A stretch of 63,937 nt of DNA, counting the filler. It is 8 parts of 8 records of this genome, joined end to end, with 100 filler letters (N's around TTAATTAATTAA, not from the genome) between each part and the next. Parts side by side here need not be neighbours in the genome. Positions count along the whole stretch, not along the records: positions 1 to 11,947 come from SRR31147125_23387; positions 12,048 to 20,076 come from SRR31147125_23395; 6 more parts are not named here. The stretch is one strand, 5' to 3'. Below, piece after piece: positions 8,587-18,357 of the stretch (position 1 is the first letter of the stretch; each line of letters opens with the position of its first letter). The position numbers and the translations under genes are program-made. Below the pieces are notes generated by a model, which was not told where the DNA came from, ran no database searches, and worked only from the letters and a program-made list of their open reading frames with translations.

Positions 8587-9978
8587 ATGAAACAGCAGGA
8601 AGCGACAACTCAAAACCAAAACCAACCCCACAACGAAAAAGGTCCTCCTTTTCCTCCTGCTGATTCTTCGCGCATAATTAACCCCCCGTGTAGTAACACG
8701 GGGGTAGGTTCTGCATCCAATACAAGTGAAAAAGAAGGTTTTTCCTTTAAAGATCAAATACTTATTGATTGGCTGGAATTTACTCTTTTTATAAATTTAA
8801 TTCCTGAAAATATTCCGGCCTTGTTGGGTATTCCTGATGTGTTGCTTGAGGAGTGTCCACGTGGTTTGAACGGTTATCGAAAACAGTTAGTGGCGGGATC
8901 GATTCGGATTCTGTTTGATGGTAATGAGGATATGGGAACTCACGTCATCATTCCAGGTGAAGCCCTCAAAGATTTTAAAATCAATCCAATTCGGATTATT
9001 CAAATCCTGGATCATATTAATTCGGATCGTTCTGCATATGCTTTCAAGTCGTATGAGCGGACTAAAAAAGCCGTATTAAGAGAAATTACAATTGAGCCCA
9101 AAGGGGACCAGGCGGAACGGTCGAAAATTACCCGGATTGATGTAGCCATCGATGATTTCAAAGGAAAGCTCAAGCTAAAGAAATTAAAAAGTGCGATTCG
9201 CCGGGGAGCGTGTGTCTCCCGATGCCGGAACTGGGGAAGTATTGAAGAGGGTAAAATCATTGACGGTTCACTTCAGGGAGAAACTTTGTATGTCGGAAGG
9301 CGTGAAAGTAATTTTATGATCCGCTTTTATGACAAACTGAAGGAGCGAATAAAAGCCGGGTTTCCTCCTGAAAACCTCCCCGAAATTTGGAACCGCTGCG
9401 AGATGGAAATTAAACACGAATCGGCAATAAAACTCGCGAAATTATTAGCTGGGGAAAATGGCCCTGAAATACTTGGGAAATATGCACGGGGAATTTTAAA
9501 TAACTACTTCTCCGTCCGGGTTAAATCCAATGATCAAACCCGCTCCCGCTGGAAAAAAGCTGACTGGTGGGTTGAATATGTTGACACTTTTGAAAAAGTA
9601 AAAATTGGGAGGGATATTTTAAAAAAAACGTTACAACAACAAAGGCAATGGTTTGATAAACAAATGGGCACGGTACTGGCCGGATTAAAGATAGCCTTTG
9701 GATCGCAAGAACTTCAACGTATTGAGGATTCAGGAATGCGTCGCCTTCACCAAGGAAGGTATCGGAAAAAACGCCAGGAAATTTCCAAAATCCGGCAGGA
9801 ACGTTTGCAAAAAGAACAGAAATTAAATGAAAAAACTGAAAAGCGATTTTCACAAGATTTAGATTGCCGCTCAATTTGGGACAAACGAACAGGCGAATTT
9901 GTTGCAAAAGTTCCAACCGAAAATGCGGAAAAAGCCGAGCGTGAACTTTTGTATGATCCTGAATATATTGCAGATTAA
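8587..9978 (+). CDS. Rep_trans-family rolling-circle replication initiator / MOBT (NicK-like) relaxase
   Basis: IDWLEFT, ITRIDVAIDD, GETLYVG (catalytic Tyr), IRFYDK and WNRCEMEIK motifs. Confidence 0.9.
   Translation: MKQQEATTQNQNQPHNEKGPPFPPADSSRIINPPCSNTGVGSASNTSEKEGFSFKDQILIDWLEFTLFINLIPENIPALLGIPDVLLEECPRGLNGYRKQLVAGSIRILFDGNEDMGTHVIIPGEALKDFKINPIRIIQILDHINSDRSAYAFKSYERTKKAVLREITIEPKGDQAERSKITRIDVAIDDFKGKLKLKKLKSAIRRGACVSRCRNWGSIEEGKIIDGSLQGETLYVGRRESNFMIRFYDKLKERIKAGFPPENLPEIWNRCEMEIKHESAIKLAKLLAGENGPEILGKYARGILNNYFSVRVKSNDQTRSRWKKADWWVEYVDTFEKVKIGRDILKKTLQQQRQWFDKQMGTVLAGLKIAFGSQELQRIEDSGMRRLHQGRYRKKRQEISKIRQERLQKEQKLNEKTEKRFSQDLDCRSIWDKRTGEFVAKVPTENAEKAERELLYDPEYIAD
8683..8704 (+). 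promoter_or_regulatory. Putative nick site (dso/oriT) hairpin inside the rep gene
   Basis: CCCCCGTGT-AGTA-ACACGGGGG perfect 9-bp stem, encoding PPCSNTG. Confidence 0.7.
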
Positions 9979-10068
9979 ATACCTAAAAATAACCAAAATT
10001 ATTGCAGCGGATTTTTAGAAAAATTTATCCCATTTTGTCATTAAAAATAAAAAAATCGGAGGAAAAAA

Positions 10069-10287
10069 ATGGAAAAAGATAACTTTAAAACTGAAGAAAA
10101 AACCCGTCTTATTCCTGTCACTAATTGGAATGAATACCACTGTTGGCCCCCTATTGGAGGCTTAAGACATCTGATTTTTTACGAAAAAACTAACGGATTT
10201 TGCCAATGTGTAAAACGGATCGGAAGACGAGTTCTAATTGATGAAAAAAAGTTTTTCGAATGGGTAGATAACCAAAAAGGGAATTAG
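10069..10287 (+). CDS. Small excisionase-like DNA-binding protein
   Basis: GGAGG SD; C-terminal VKRIGRRVLIDEKKFFEWVD winged-helix motif typical of Xis-like proteins. Confidence 0.7.
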   Translation: MEKDNFKTEEKTRLIPVTNWNEYHCWPPIGGLRHLIFYEKTNGFCQCVKRIGRRVLIDEKKFFEWVDNQKGN

Positions 10288-10449
10288 AAATGCACTCTTC
10301 TGTTTGAAGGAAGTTCAATTTTTTGCGGTTTTAATTGCTGGAAATATCCCATTTATTCTAAGGGTATGCAGGGGGATTTTGAGATGATTTAGGAAAGTTT
10401 TTTCTATTAAGATTTAGATGAAATATAAGGGATGAGTTAAGTTAGTAAA

Positions 10450-11409
10450 CTAGGAAAATTGAAAATCATATTTTAAGAAAAGAGATTTGGCAAAATAAAT
10501 AATGGCTTCCTCAATTAGAAAATAAGCTAAAGCTTTGGGAAATAATGTAAACGCAACTCGTCTAACAAAAATAATCGACCATCTGTATCTTTTATAAAGT
10601 AAATAAATATTTTTCGCTAATTCATGACTTGATTTAACAGTAGAAGCAATGTCAATAAGTATAAACCAAGAATTAACTTTGTTAAAATATTTTTTGTCAA
10701 AATTTGTATGTTTTAAATTTTTCATTTTAATATTTTTTAAATTGATTGAAATTATTTCTTTTTCTGTAATATGATATCTAATTGGGAATTCTTTTTCTCT
10801 ATGGAAAAATGAAATTGAGTAATCATTTTTTTTGAATCCTGTTTCTAATAAAAATTTTTCAAAATTAAATTTAAAAACTCCTTTTTTGTTTGTCTTTGCT
10901 GTTATGAAAAAATTATTATTTTTTGATTCAATTACAATATTGATTATTCTGTCAATTTCAGGTAATTCTTGAGTTGAGATAATTTCTTTTGCAATTTTGG
11001 TCGATAAAATATCGAACTTTCCATCTTTGAAAATATTGCTCTCAATTTTAGGATTGCTATAACTTCTTATTTCACGATCAATTGAGTCAAATAAAAGGAG
11101 AGGGTTGAATGGATAGTAAAGCATGTAGAATGGATTATCAATTATGTTAAGCAAAGGTTCTGTGGCTTTTTTAAAGTCAATTTCTCTATTTCTTAAAAAT
11201 TCTTCTTCAATTTTTCTGACTTTTTTGTGGTCCACTCTCATTGAACAGCCTTCAAACATTGCCCCTTGATTCTTTTTGCTAACATTAAAAATAAATTCGG
11301 ATGGGAGTGCTTCATATGATGTTACTATTCGTCGGTGAGGGCCAGTTGTGCAACCCGATACCAAAGCTAAAAAGATTAAAAAGTCTCTCCTGGAACAACC
11401 GTCCCTCAT
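10450..11409 (-). CDS. Hypothetical AT-rich lipoprotein with a twin-arginine-like signal
   Basis: SRRDFL followed by a hydrophobic stretch and lipobox VSGC; GAGGTGAGG SD; hydrophobic C-terminus. Confidence 0.6.
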   Translation of the reverse strand: MRDGCSRRDFLIFLALVSGCTTGPHRRIVTSYEALPSEFIFNVSKKNQGAMFEGCSMRVDHKKVRKIEEEFLRNREIDFKKATEPLLNIIDNPFYMLYYPFNPLLLFDSIDREIRSYSNPKIESNIFKDGKFDILSTKIAKEIISTQELPEIDRIINIVIESKNNNFFITAKTNKKGVFKFNFEKFLLETGFKKNDYSISFFHREKEFPIRYHITEKEIISINLKNIKMKNLKHTNFDKKYFNKVNSWFILIDIASTVKSSHELAKNIYLLYKRYRWSIIFVRRVAFTLFPKALAYFLIEEAIIYFAKSLFLKYDFQFS

Positions 11410-11737
11410 CTAATCCCTCACCTCAATCATATTTTCTTAAAATGGATTAGAGCCAATGGCTGTGACAAATCCTGAAAGGCGAAACTCATAAAAGAGCCAA
11501 CATTTTGTAGAGCCTTGTAAAGTCCAATTTAGCTGAAAAGTTTTTAAAATCAACTTGGTTGACAAAGCAAGTCAAATGGTCCGCCCTCTGGAAGGTTTTT
11601 TCTGTTCAGTTAAATCGAAGTGGTACTAATGGCCAGATTTTTTCAAGCTGACGTAATTGAAACGATATTTAGCTGGAGATATTTGAAATGTTACCTTGGT
11701 CTGCCCAGGCTATCTGCTTATAGGGGATTTAAATGTT

Positions 11738-11947
11738 TTATTCGCTAAAAATTTTTGCATTCATTCGTTCAACAACACTTGCAGTGTGAGCTTCTGAAAG
11801 ATGGGCATAGCGTTTTACCATTTGCAATGTTTTATGGCCTAAAACCTCCGCGATTTCTGCAAGGGTGGCCCCATTCATGGCAAGGTAAGATGCCGCTGTA
11901 TGGCGCAAGTCATGAAAGCGGAAATCCTCTATTTTGGCTTTTTCAAG
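11738..11947 (-). CDS. int: Tyrosine recombinase/integrase, C-terminal 69 aa (5' end lost at contig break; not in the ORF track)
   Basis: Minus-strand translation LEKAKIEDFRFHDLRHTAASYLAMNGATLAEIAEVLGHKTLQMVKRYAHLSEAH contains HxxR, LGH and the catalytic Tyr. Confidence 0.93.
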   Translation of the reverse strand, partial: LEKAKIEDFRFHDLRHTAASYLAMNGATLAEIAEVLGHKTLQMVKRYAHLSEAHTASVVERMNAKIFSE

Positions 11948-12047
11948 NNNNNNNNNNNNNNNNNNNNNNNNNNNNNNNNNNNNNNNNNNNNTTAATTAAT
12001 TAANNNNNNNNNNNNNNNNNNNNNNNNNNNNNNNNNNNNNNNNNNNN
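11948..12047. other. Artificial contig-joining spacer (also at 20077-20176, 30348-30447, 37149-37248, 43157-43256, 51109-51208 and 57508-57607)
   Basis: Identical 100-nt N-run/TTAATTAATTAA/N-run linker with stops in all six frames; composition and taxon signature change across each one. Confidence 0.98.
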
Positions 12048-13174
12048 CCACCGGCACCAACTACAGTAATTACCTGTTCGTTGCGGGTTCTTATTTCAGA
12101 AATTGCCGACAAAACATTTTTCAATGCATCGGGCGTGTGCGCATAATCTACAATCGCATATTTCCCGTCGAGGCTGCGAATGGTTTCAAATCGCCCCTGA
12201 ACAGGATGCAAGTCGCTAATTATGGCCAAGACCTCGGTTTTATCCTGCCCTAATTGAATGGCGGTTGCATAAACAGCCAGCAAATTCGAAGCATTAAACA
12301 AACCAACAAAGCGCGTCCAGGTTTCTTGTCCATCAATATTCAACAACATTCCATCGAAATGACTTTCGAGCACCTTACAACGATAGTCGGCCATTGCCCG
12401 ATTGGAATAAGTCAATTTTTCGGCCTTGGTATTTTGCAGCATTACCAAACCATTTTTATCGTCGAGATTGGCAATGGCAAAAGCTTGTTCCGACAATTCG
12501 TCGAAAAATCCCTTTTTAGCTTTTATATATTCAGCAAAGGTTTTGTGATAATCCAGGTGGTCGTGTGTAATATTTGTAAAAACACCACCGGCAAATTCAA
12601 TTCCTGCAATTCGTTTCTGGTGTGCAGCGTGCGAGCTCACTTCCATAAAACAGAATTCGCAACCTTCGTCTACCATTTCTGCCAACAACTCCTGAATTTT
12701 CACTGCATCGGGAGTTGTATGCGAGGCGGTTTCTTCGCGCTCGTTTATTTTATATGATATGGTTGAAATAAGTCCAACATTATAGCCTTGCCTGCGAAAC
12801 AAATTATGCAGCAAAGTGGCAATACTAGTTTTTCCGTTTGTTCCGGTAATACCAACTACCTTCATTTTTTTCGAAGGAGAATCGTAATAAGCCGAAGCAA
12901 GTTTCCCCAACACGGCATTAGAGTCGGCAACTTTTATGAAGTAGACATTTGCAGGCAGTTCTTCCGGCAATTTTTCGCAAACAATTACCGAAGCGCCCTT
13001 TTTAATCGCCTTATTAACAAACTTGTGCCCATCGACATGAACACCGCGTTGAGCAATAAAAACAGAGCCTTCTTTTACCTTACGGGAATCAAACTCAACA
13101 CCCGAAACGTTATCACCGGCCTCGCCAACAAGCTCAACTACCTCAATATTTCTTATTAGCTGTTCTAACTTCAT
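12048..13174 (-). CDS. murE: UDP-MurNAc-tripeptide synthetase, 3' partial
   Basis: GITGTNGKTS, MEVSSH, HDHLDYH, VDYAHTPDA; dcw context. Confidence 0.95.
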
Positions 13175-13175
13175 C

Positions 13176-15274
13176 TTAATTCAATGCTAAATAAACCGTT
13201 TGCCCACGACGGAATTTTGTTCCACCCTTCAACGATTGTTGTTTAACTTTTCCAACTCCTCGAATCTTAACTTTCAATCCTGCATCTTCCATCACAAAAA
13301 CAGCGTTACTCGCTCCCATACCAATTACATTAGGCACAAGATCCTGCGGCATTTGATTGTCGCTTAACAAAACTCTATTTTCATTTATTTTGACTGATGC
13401 AATGGGCGTTGTTGGAGCACCTTCAATATTTTCAATTTCCAACACATTCGCCACTTCAAGAATATCTTCGGTCTGTCCTTTCTTTATTGAAGGAGCAGCA
13501 CCTTCTTCACTTTCTTCAATATTTGCTGATGCTAAAATCCGACTAGCATATACTTTTTCTGATATTTCTTTAAAAACAGGTCCGGCAACGGCCGCCCCGT
13601 ATATTGAATTTTTAGGTCGTTTAAAGGTTACAATTAAAGAATACTGAGGTTCGTCGGCGGGAAAGTAGCCCACGAACGAAGCGTAATAAGCTCCGGGTAT
13701 ATATCCGGCACCATCTTCTTTTGCCACTCTTGCTGTTCCTGTTTTTCCGGCCACTTGAAAGTATTTTCCCTGCACGCCTCGTCCGGTACCATTCTGACAG
13801 ACACCTTTTAGCATGGCCTGTGCTTTTGCAATAGTTTGGCGCGATGCGATTCTTGGATTTAAAGTTTTCACATCGAATACAGTATATGGCGAACCATTGT
13901 CACGAATTTCTTTTACAAAATGAGGTTTTACCATAACTCCATCGTTCGCAACCGCATTATAAAAATTCAATACTTGCAGTGGAGTCATTTCTAAATCGTA
14001 ACCATACGACATACGACCGAGGGTTGTTCCCCACCAATCGGCGTTACCGGGGTACTTAATTTTGGAACACCTTCGCCTTCCAGTTCAAGTCCTAGAGGTT
14101 TATGAATACCAAATGAATAAATGCGGTCTACATAATCGCGAGGTCTGTCTTTGTAATTCGACAAAATAACTTTGGCTGTTCCTATGTTAGAAGATTGCTC
14201 TAAAATCTGCTTCACATTAATAGCTCCGCAATGATGATCGTCGTAAATATTTTCTGCTGCCCAATATCCATTCCCGGTATCAAAAACATCCGAAGTATCT
14301 ACAACTCCATCTTCAATAGCCACCATTAACGACACCAATTTGAATGTAGATCCCGGCTCGTAACGGCTACGATGCCCCAAAGCATAGTTATCTTTTTCGT
14401 AGTATTCTCCATCGCTTCCTTTTCCAAGATTGGCAATGGCTTTTACCTCACCGGTTTCAACCTCCATTAAAACGGCCGTGGCCCATTCGGGTTGCGAAAT
14501 ATTTGCCTGGCGCAACAAAGCACTCTCTGCAATATCCTGATATTTGGCATTTAAGGTGGTTATTACATCCATTCCGTTTTGAGGCTCAACTGTAGTTCTT
14601 GTAATCCAACGTCCCGAAATATTTTCGCGATAACCAACGCCGTTTCTTCCTCTCAATTCGTTTTCGTATGCATTTTCCAAACCATTGTAACCGGTTGGTA
14701 CAGTAATCTCATCGTAAACACCTTTATTTAACCGACCAATAGTACGGCGTGCCAACATGCCAAGCGGAGCTACACGTTTATTTTCCTGGGTAACTATTAA
14801 TCCACCACCAAAACGCCCGCGCCTTAAAATCGGGAATTGCTTCATTTCCTGAAGCTGCATGTAATCTATTTTTTCAGGAGTAAGCTTAAAACCACGGTCA
14901 TGTCCGTTATACGCAGCTTGCAATTTTCTTTTCCAATAATTTTTAGAGGTTCCTTCGTAGAAATTAGCCAAATAAAAAGCAAGCGAATCACTTTCCTTGG
15001 CAAATACCTTTTGCACTCCCTCCGAATATAAATCGATACTAACAAAATAACCGGGCACAGAAGTTGCCAGCACACTTCCATCTTCGTCGCAAATATTACC
15101 ACGAATTGGAGCCACCTCCACCTTATTCCTCTTCATGTTTTGCCCAATCTTTTGCCAGCGACTTTTTTGTAAGTTCTGAATGACAAAGATTTTACCAATC
15201 ACCACAACTACAAACAAGAAGAGCAAAAAGTAAATTAATGCAAAACGCGACAATATGGTTTTTCTCATCCCCAT
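13176..15274 (-). CDS. ftsI: Cell division transpeptidase PBP3 with PASTA domain, split by a frameshift near 14060
   Basis: EPGSTFK, SSN and GKTGTA motifs across two ORFs; one missing A in CCA AAA ATT joins them. Confidence 0.9.
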
Positions 15275-15278
15275 TTAT

Positions 15279-15629
15279 CTAATCTTCCTTTTTTATGGTT
15301 AATTTCTGCGGTGGACTAACAGGCTCGATTAAGCCAATTCCTGCTTCTTCCACCTTTTTTACAACTTCCGAAGGACGACTTGCATCCATTAGCTTTGCCG
15401 AAACGGTTGAATATTCTGCACGAAGCCCTTCTATTTCTTTTTCCAGTATTCCTATTTGGCGGATTGTTCTCTCCGACCAGTTTCTGTTCATAATCAGCGC
15501 AAAACCAAACATCACCAACATCAAAACAAAATTTGTATGTTTTGTAACCCGGCTATCGGTAAGAATAGAACCTCCAATAACAGATTTCATTCCGGGCAGT
15601 TTGCGCGATTTTTTATTTCGTTCTGCCAT
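15279..15629 (-). CDS. ftsL: FtsL-like cell division protein
   Basis: Single TM helix plus coiled coil between rsmH and ftsI. Confidence 0.8.
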   Translation of the reverse strand: MAERNKKSRKLPGMKSVIGGSILTDSRVTKHTNFVLMLVMFGFALIMNRNWSERTIRQIGILEKEIEGLRAEYSTVSAKLMDASRPSEVVKKVEEAGIGLIEPVSPPQKLTIKKED

Positions 15630-15630
15630 A

Positions 15631-16533
15631 TTAAATCCTTTCTGCAATTCGAAGTTTTGCACTGCGCGAACGAGTATTCAACTTCAATTCTTCTGGCGTT
15701 GGAACAATCACCTTTCTGTTTATCAGTTTAAATGGCGACTGCACATTTCCATAAAAGTCTTTCTCAACTTTGCCCTCAAAATTTCCGGCTCTCATAAAAT
15801 TCTTACACAGCCTGTCTTCTAAACTGTGATAAGTAATAATTACCAGTCTGCCTCCGGATTTTAACAAATCGAGCGAAGCCATCAGAAAGTCTTCCAAAAC
15901 TTCCATTTCTTCATTCACCTCAATCCGAAGCGCTTGAAAAACCTGCGCCAGGTATTTATTTTCGATTGCCCGGGGAGCACAAACCGCTGCAATATCTTTA
16001 AGCTGAGTAGTAGTTTTAATTTTTTTCGTATTGCGGGCTTTTACAATTTCGCCCACCAATCGTCCGGTATTTTTAATTTCGCCGAACATTCTGAAAATTT
16101 TAAACAGCTGCTCTTCCGAATATTCATTTACCACAGTTGCGGCATCGATTTGCGCATTGCGATTCATTCGCATATCCAAATCGCCATCGAAACGAAACGA
16201 GAAACCACGCTCGGGAACATCAAAGTCGTGAGAAGAAACACCAAGATCTGCAAAAACAGAATCTACTTTTTCCACGCCGTAAAAGCGAAGAAAGTTTTTT
16301 GCGTAACGAAAATTATGTCTGATAAAAAAAAGCCGGTCATCCTCAATGGCATTCCCGGCAGCGTCTTCGTCCTGATCGAAAGCAAAAAGCCGCCCCTCGT
16401 TTAAACAATCGAGAATTAAGCGCGAGTGACCACCTCCTCCATAAGTGGCGTCAATAATATCGTGCCCGGGTTTTATATTCAGGCCTTCGATACTTTCTTG
16501 TGCCAAAACCGGTATATGATATGCTTCTCCCAT
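15631..16533 (-). CDS. rsmH: 16S rRNA m4C1402 methyltransferase
   Basis: HIPVL, DATYGGGGHS, DLGVSS, FQALRIEVN, YHSLEDR, RSAKLR. Confidence 0.97.
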   Translation of the reverse strand: MGEAYHIPVLAQESIEGLNIKPGHDIIDATYGGGGHSRLILDCLNEGRLFAFDQDEDAAGNAIEDDRLFFIRHNFRYAKNFLRFYGVEKVDSVFADLGVSSHDFDVPERGFSFRFDGDLDMRMNRNAQIDAATVVNEYSEEQLFKIFRMFGEIKNTGRLVGEIVKARNTKKIKTTTQLKDIAAVCAPRAIENKYLAQVFQALRIEVNEEMEVLEDFLMASLDLLKSGGRLVIITYHSLEDRLCKNFMRAGNFEGKVEKDFYGNVQSPFKLINRKVIVPTPEELKLNTRSRSAKLRIAERI

Positions 16534-16538
16534 ATTTT

Positions 16539-16994
16539 CTATTCTCCTCCCTCATTAAGCATGTCAAGCATTTTCAAGTATTCCTCGTCAGACACCTGTA
16601 GGTTGTCGTAACTTTCGGCAGCAGTTAAACGAATGAAACTGTGCGAACCAATAAAGGTTACACTACTTTCCAATTCGGCATATTCCAAAAAATGATTGGG
16701 AATATTAATTCTTCCATTCGCAGCAACTGTTGCAGTAACAAAATTCTGAAAGTAAAGGGTTAACAGCTTATCATGAATCGGCTTGGTTTGCGACTTAAGC
16801 TTTGCCTTGAATTCCCTTACTTCCTTCGCCCAATTTTTCACAGTGTGAATATCAAGACATTTACTCCGGCGGTTTCGCTCAAGCACAACCGAATTGAGCT
16901 CCATTTCGCTCAACGCCTTCTTAAAGGCCGACGGAAGAACTACCCTTCCTTTGTCGTCGATAGTTGCATTGTATTGCCCAGCAAAAATTGCCAT
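16539..16994 (-). CDS. mraZ: Division/cell wall cluster repressor
   Basis: IDDKGRVVLPS and ANGRINIP duplicated AbrB-like motifs; first gene of the dcw cluster. Confidence 0.9.
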   Translation of the reverse strand: MAIFAGQYNATIDDKGRVVLPSAFKKALSEMELNSVVLERNRRSKCLDIHTVKNWAKEVREFKAKLKSQTKPIHDKLLTLYFQNFVTATVAANGRINIPNHFLEYAELESSVTFIGSHSFIRLTAAESYDNLQVSDEEYLKMLDMLNEGGE

Positions 16995-17040
16995 AATTGA
17001 GAATTGTCTATTATTCAACTGTAAAAATACAATTTTTTAT

Positions 17041-17075
17041 TCCACAACCTGCCATTTTGTGACAATTCGTGCCAC
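17041..17075 (-). promoter_or_regulatory. Candidate MraZ operator (10-bp periodic GTGG boxes)
   Basis: CCAC/CCAT at 17042, 17052 and 17072, with a degenerate copy near 17061, upstream of mraZ. Confidence 0.55.
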
Positions 17076-17373
17076 TTTCAACAAATTACAATTGTTAATA
17101 ACACTACCAACTACTGTTAGTAACATGTTAATACCTTTTTACAACCACATCTAACTCTCAGATTTTCAACAAAATTAAAAACATCCGCAACACAATCAAC
17201 ACTCGTTAATAACTATAAACATACACCTAGCCCTAAATCGCCCAACACACTAAGCTTCAATAAAAATCGATTTAAAATTATTCTGATGTAAAAGCAACAT
17301 TGATTTAATATTTGTCGTAAAGTTTTTACGTTTTGTTTGTTTTTTACTTAATTGCCAGCTTTATAAAACCACA

Positions 17374-18219
17374 ATGACAGAGGAACAAAATACAAAGCCT
17401 TACAAACCGCTTAACATCAGGGAAGTTTTTTCTGAAAAAAGCCCGCGTCTGGCTAAATTTATACCCGGTTTTGTTTACCGGTACTTTCATAGAATTATAC
17501 ATGTCGACTTTATTAATACTGTTTTAAAACGTTACGGGCATTTAAAAGGAACCGTATTTGTAGACAAAATTGTAAACGAATTTAATGTAACCAGGCATGT
17601 ACACGGGACTGAAAACATTCCAAAAAAAGGAAAATTTATTTTTGCCAGCAATCACCCGCTTGGCGGATTTGATGGAATGCTTCTTATGAAAACCGTTAAC
17701 GAACAGCTGGGTGAATTTAAATTTCTGGCCAACGATATCCTACTAAACATTCCTCAACTAAAATCGGTGTTCGTTCCGGTTAACAAACACGGAGGTCATG
17801 CACGCGAGGCAGCCCGAATTTTATCGGGGGTTTACGACTCAGATTGCCAAATACTCATTTTCCCTTCAGGACTGGCATCGAGAAAAATTAAAGGCAAAAT
17901 TGTTGATTTGGAATGGAAAAAACATTTCATATCGAAATCGATAAAACACAAACGCGATATTATACCAGTGTTCATTAGCGGACGAAACACAAACCGCTTT
18001 TACCGAATAGCAAAAATCAGAAAATTTCTACATTTAAAATGGAATCTCGAAATGTTTTTCCTACCAGACGAAACGATGCGACATAAAAATACGGATGTCC
18101 ACCTACACTTTGGGAAACCTATTCCGTACACAAATTTCGACAAGACAAAAAAACATAAAGAATGGGCAGAATGGGTAAAACAGCAGGTTTACAAACTGCC
18201 TTTAATACAAACAGATTAA
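17374..18219 (+). CDS. PlsC-like acyltransferase (GlsA-type O-acyltransferase candidate)
   Basis: ASNHPLGGFDG (HxxxxD) and IFPSG motifs. Confidence 0.85.
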   Translation: MTEEQNTKPYKPLNIREVFSEKSPRLAKFIPGFVYRYFHRIIHVDFINTVLKRYGHLKGTVFVDKIVNEFNVTRHVHGTENIPKKGKFIFASNHPLGGFDGMLLMKTVNEQLGEFKFLANDILLNIPQLKSVFVPVNKHGGHAREAARILSGVYDSDCQILIFPSGLASRKIKGKIVDLEWKKHFISKSIKHKRDIIPVFISGRNTNRFYRIAKIRKFLHLKWNLEMFFLPDETMRHKNTDVHLHFGKPIPYTNFDKTKKHKEWAEWVKQQVYKLPLIQTD

Positions 18220-18357
18220 ATTAAAAGCAAGGAAAAGAATCAGCTTAGCTGTATTTTTTTAATTTTGTAGTCCATTTTTCTAATAAATGAGCCAATGCAA
18301 CAAGGTATTCAATCTTGCATAGTTGGCATTGGCACCAGAAAAATAAAGATTAATCAC

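Larger units (their letters stand above)
3785..11947. mobile_element. tRNA-Leu-targeting integrative (probably mobilizable or rolling-circle) element carrying R-M cargo; right end cut off by the contig break
   Basis: att fragment at one end and tyrosine integrase at the other; AlpA/Xis-like genes, Rep_trans protein and nick-site hairpin; more AT-rich than the flanking kinase gene. Confidence 0.85.

Noticed and set aside
7606-10287. Filamentous (inovirus) prophage suggested by the Rep_trans gene
   Set aside because: No Zot/pI ATPase, ssDNA-binding gene or run of small TM coat genes follows rep.
11755-12003. Plus-strand 82-aa ORF from the track
   Set aside because: It is the shadow of the minus-strand integrase C-terminus and runs into the linker.
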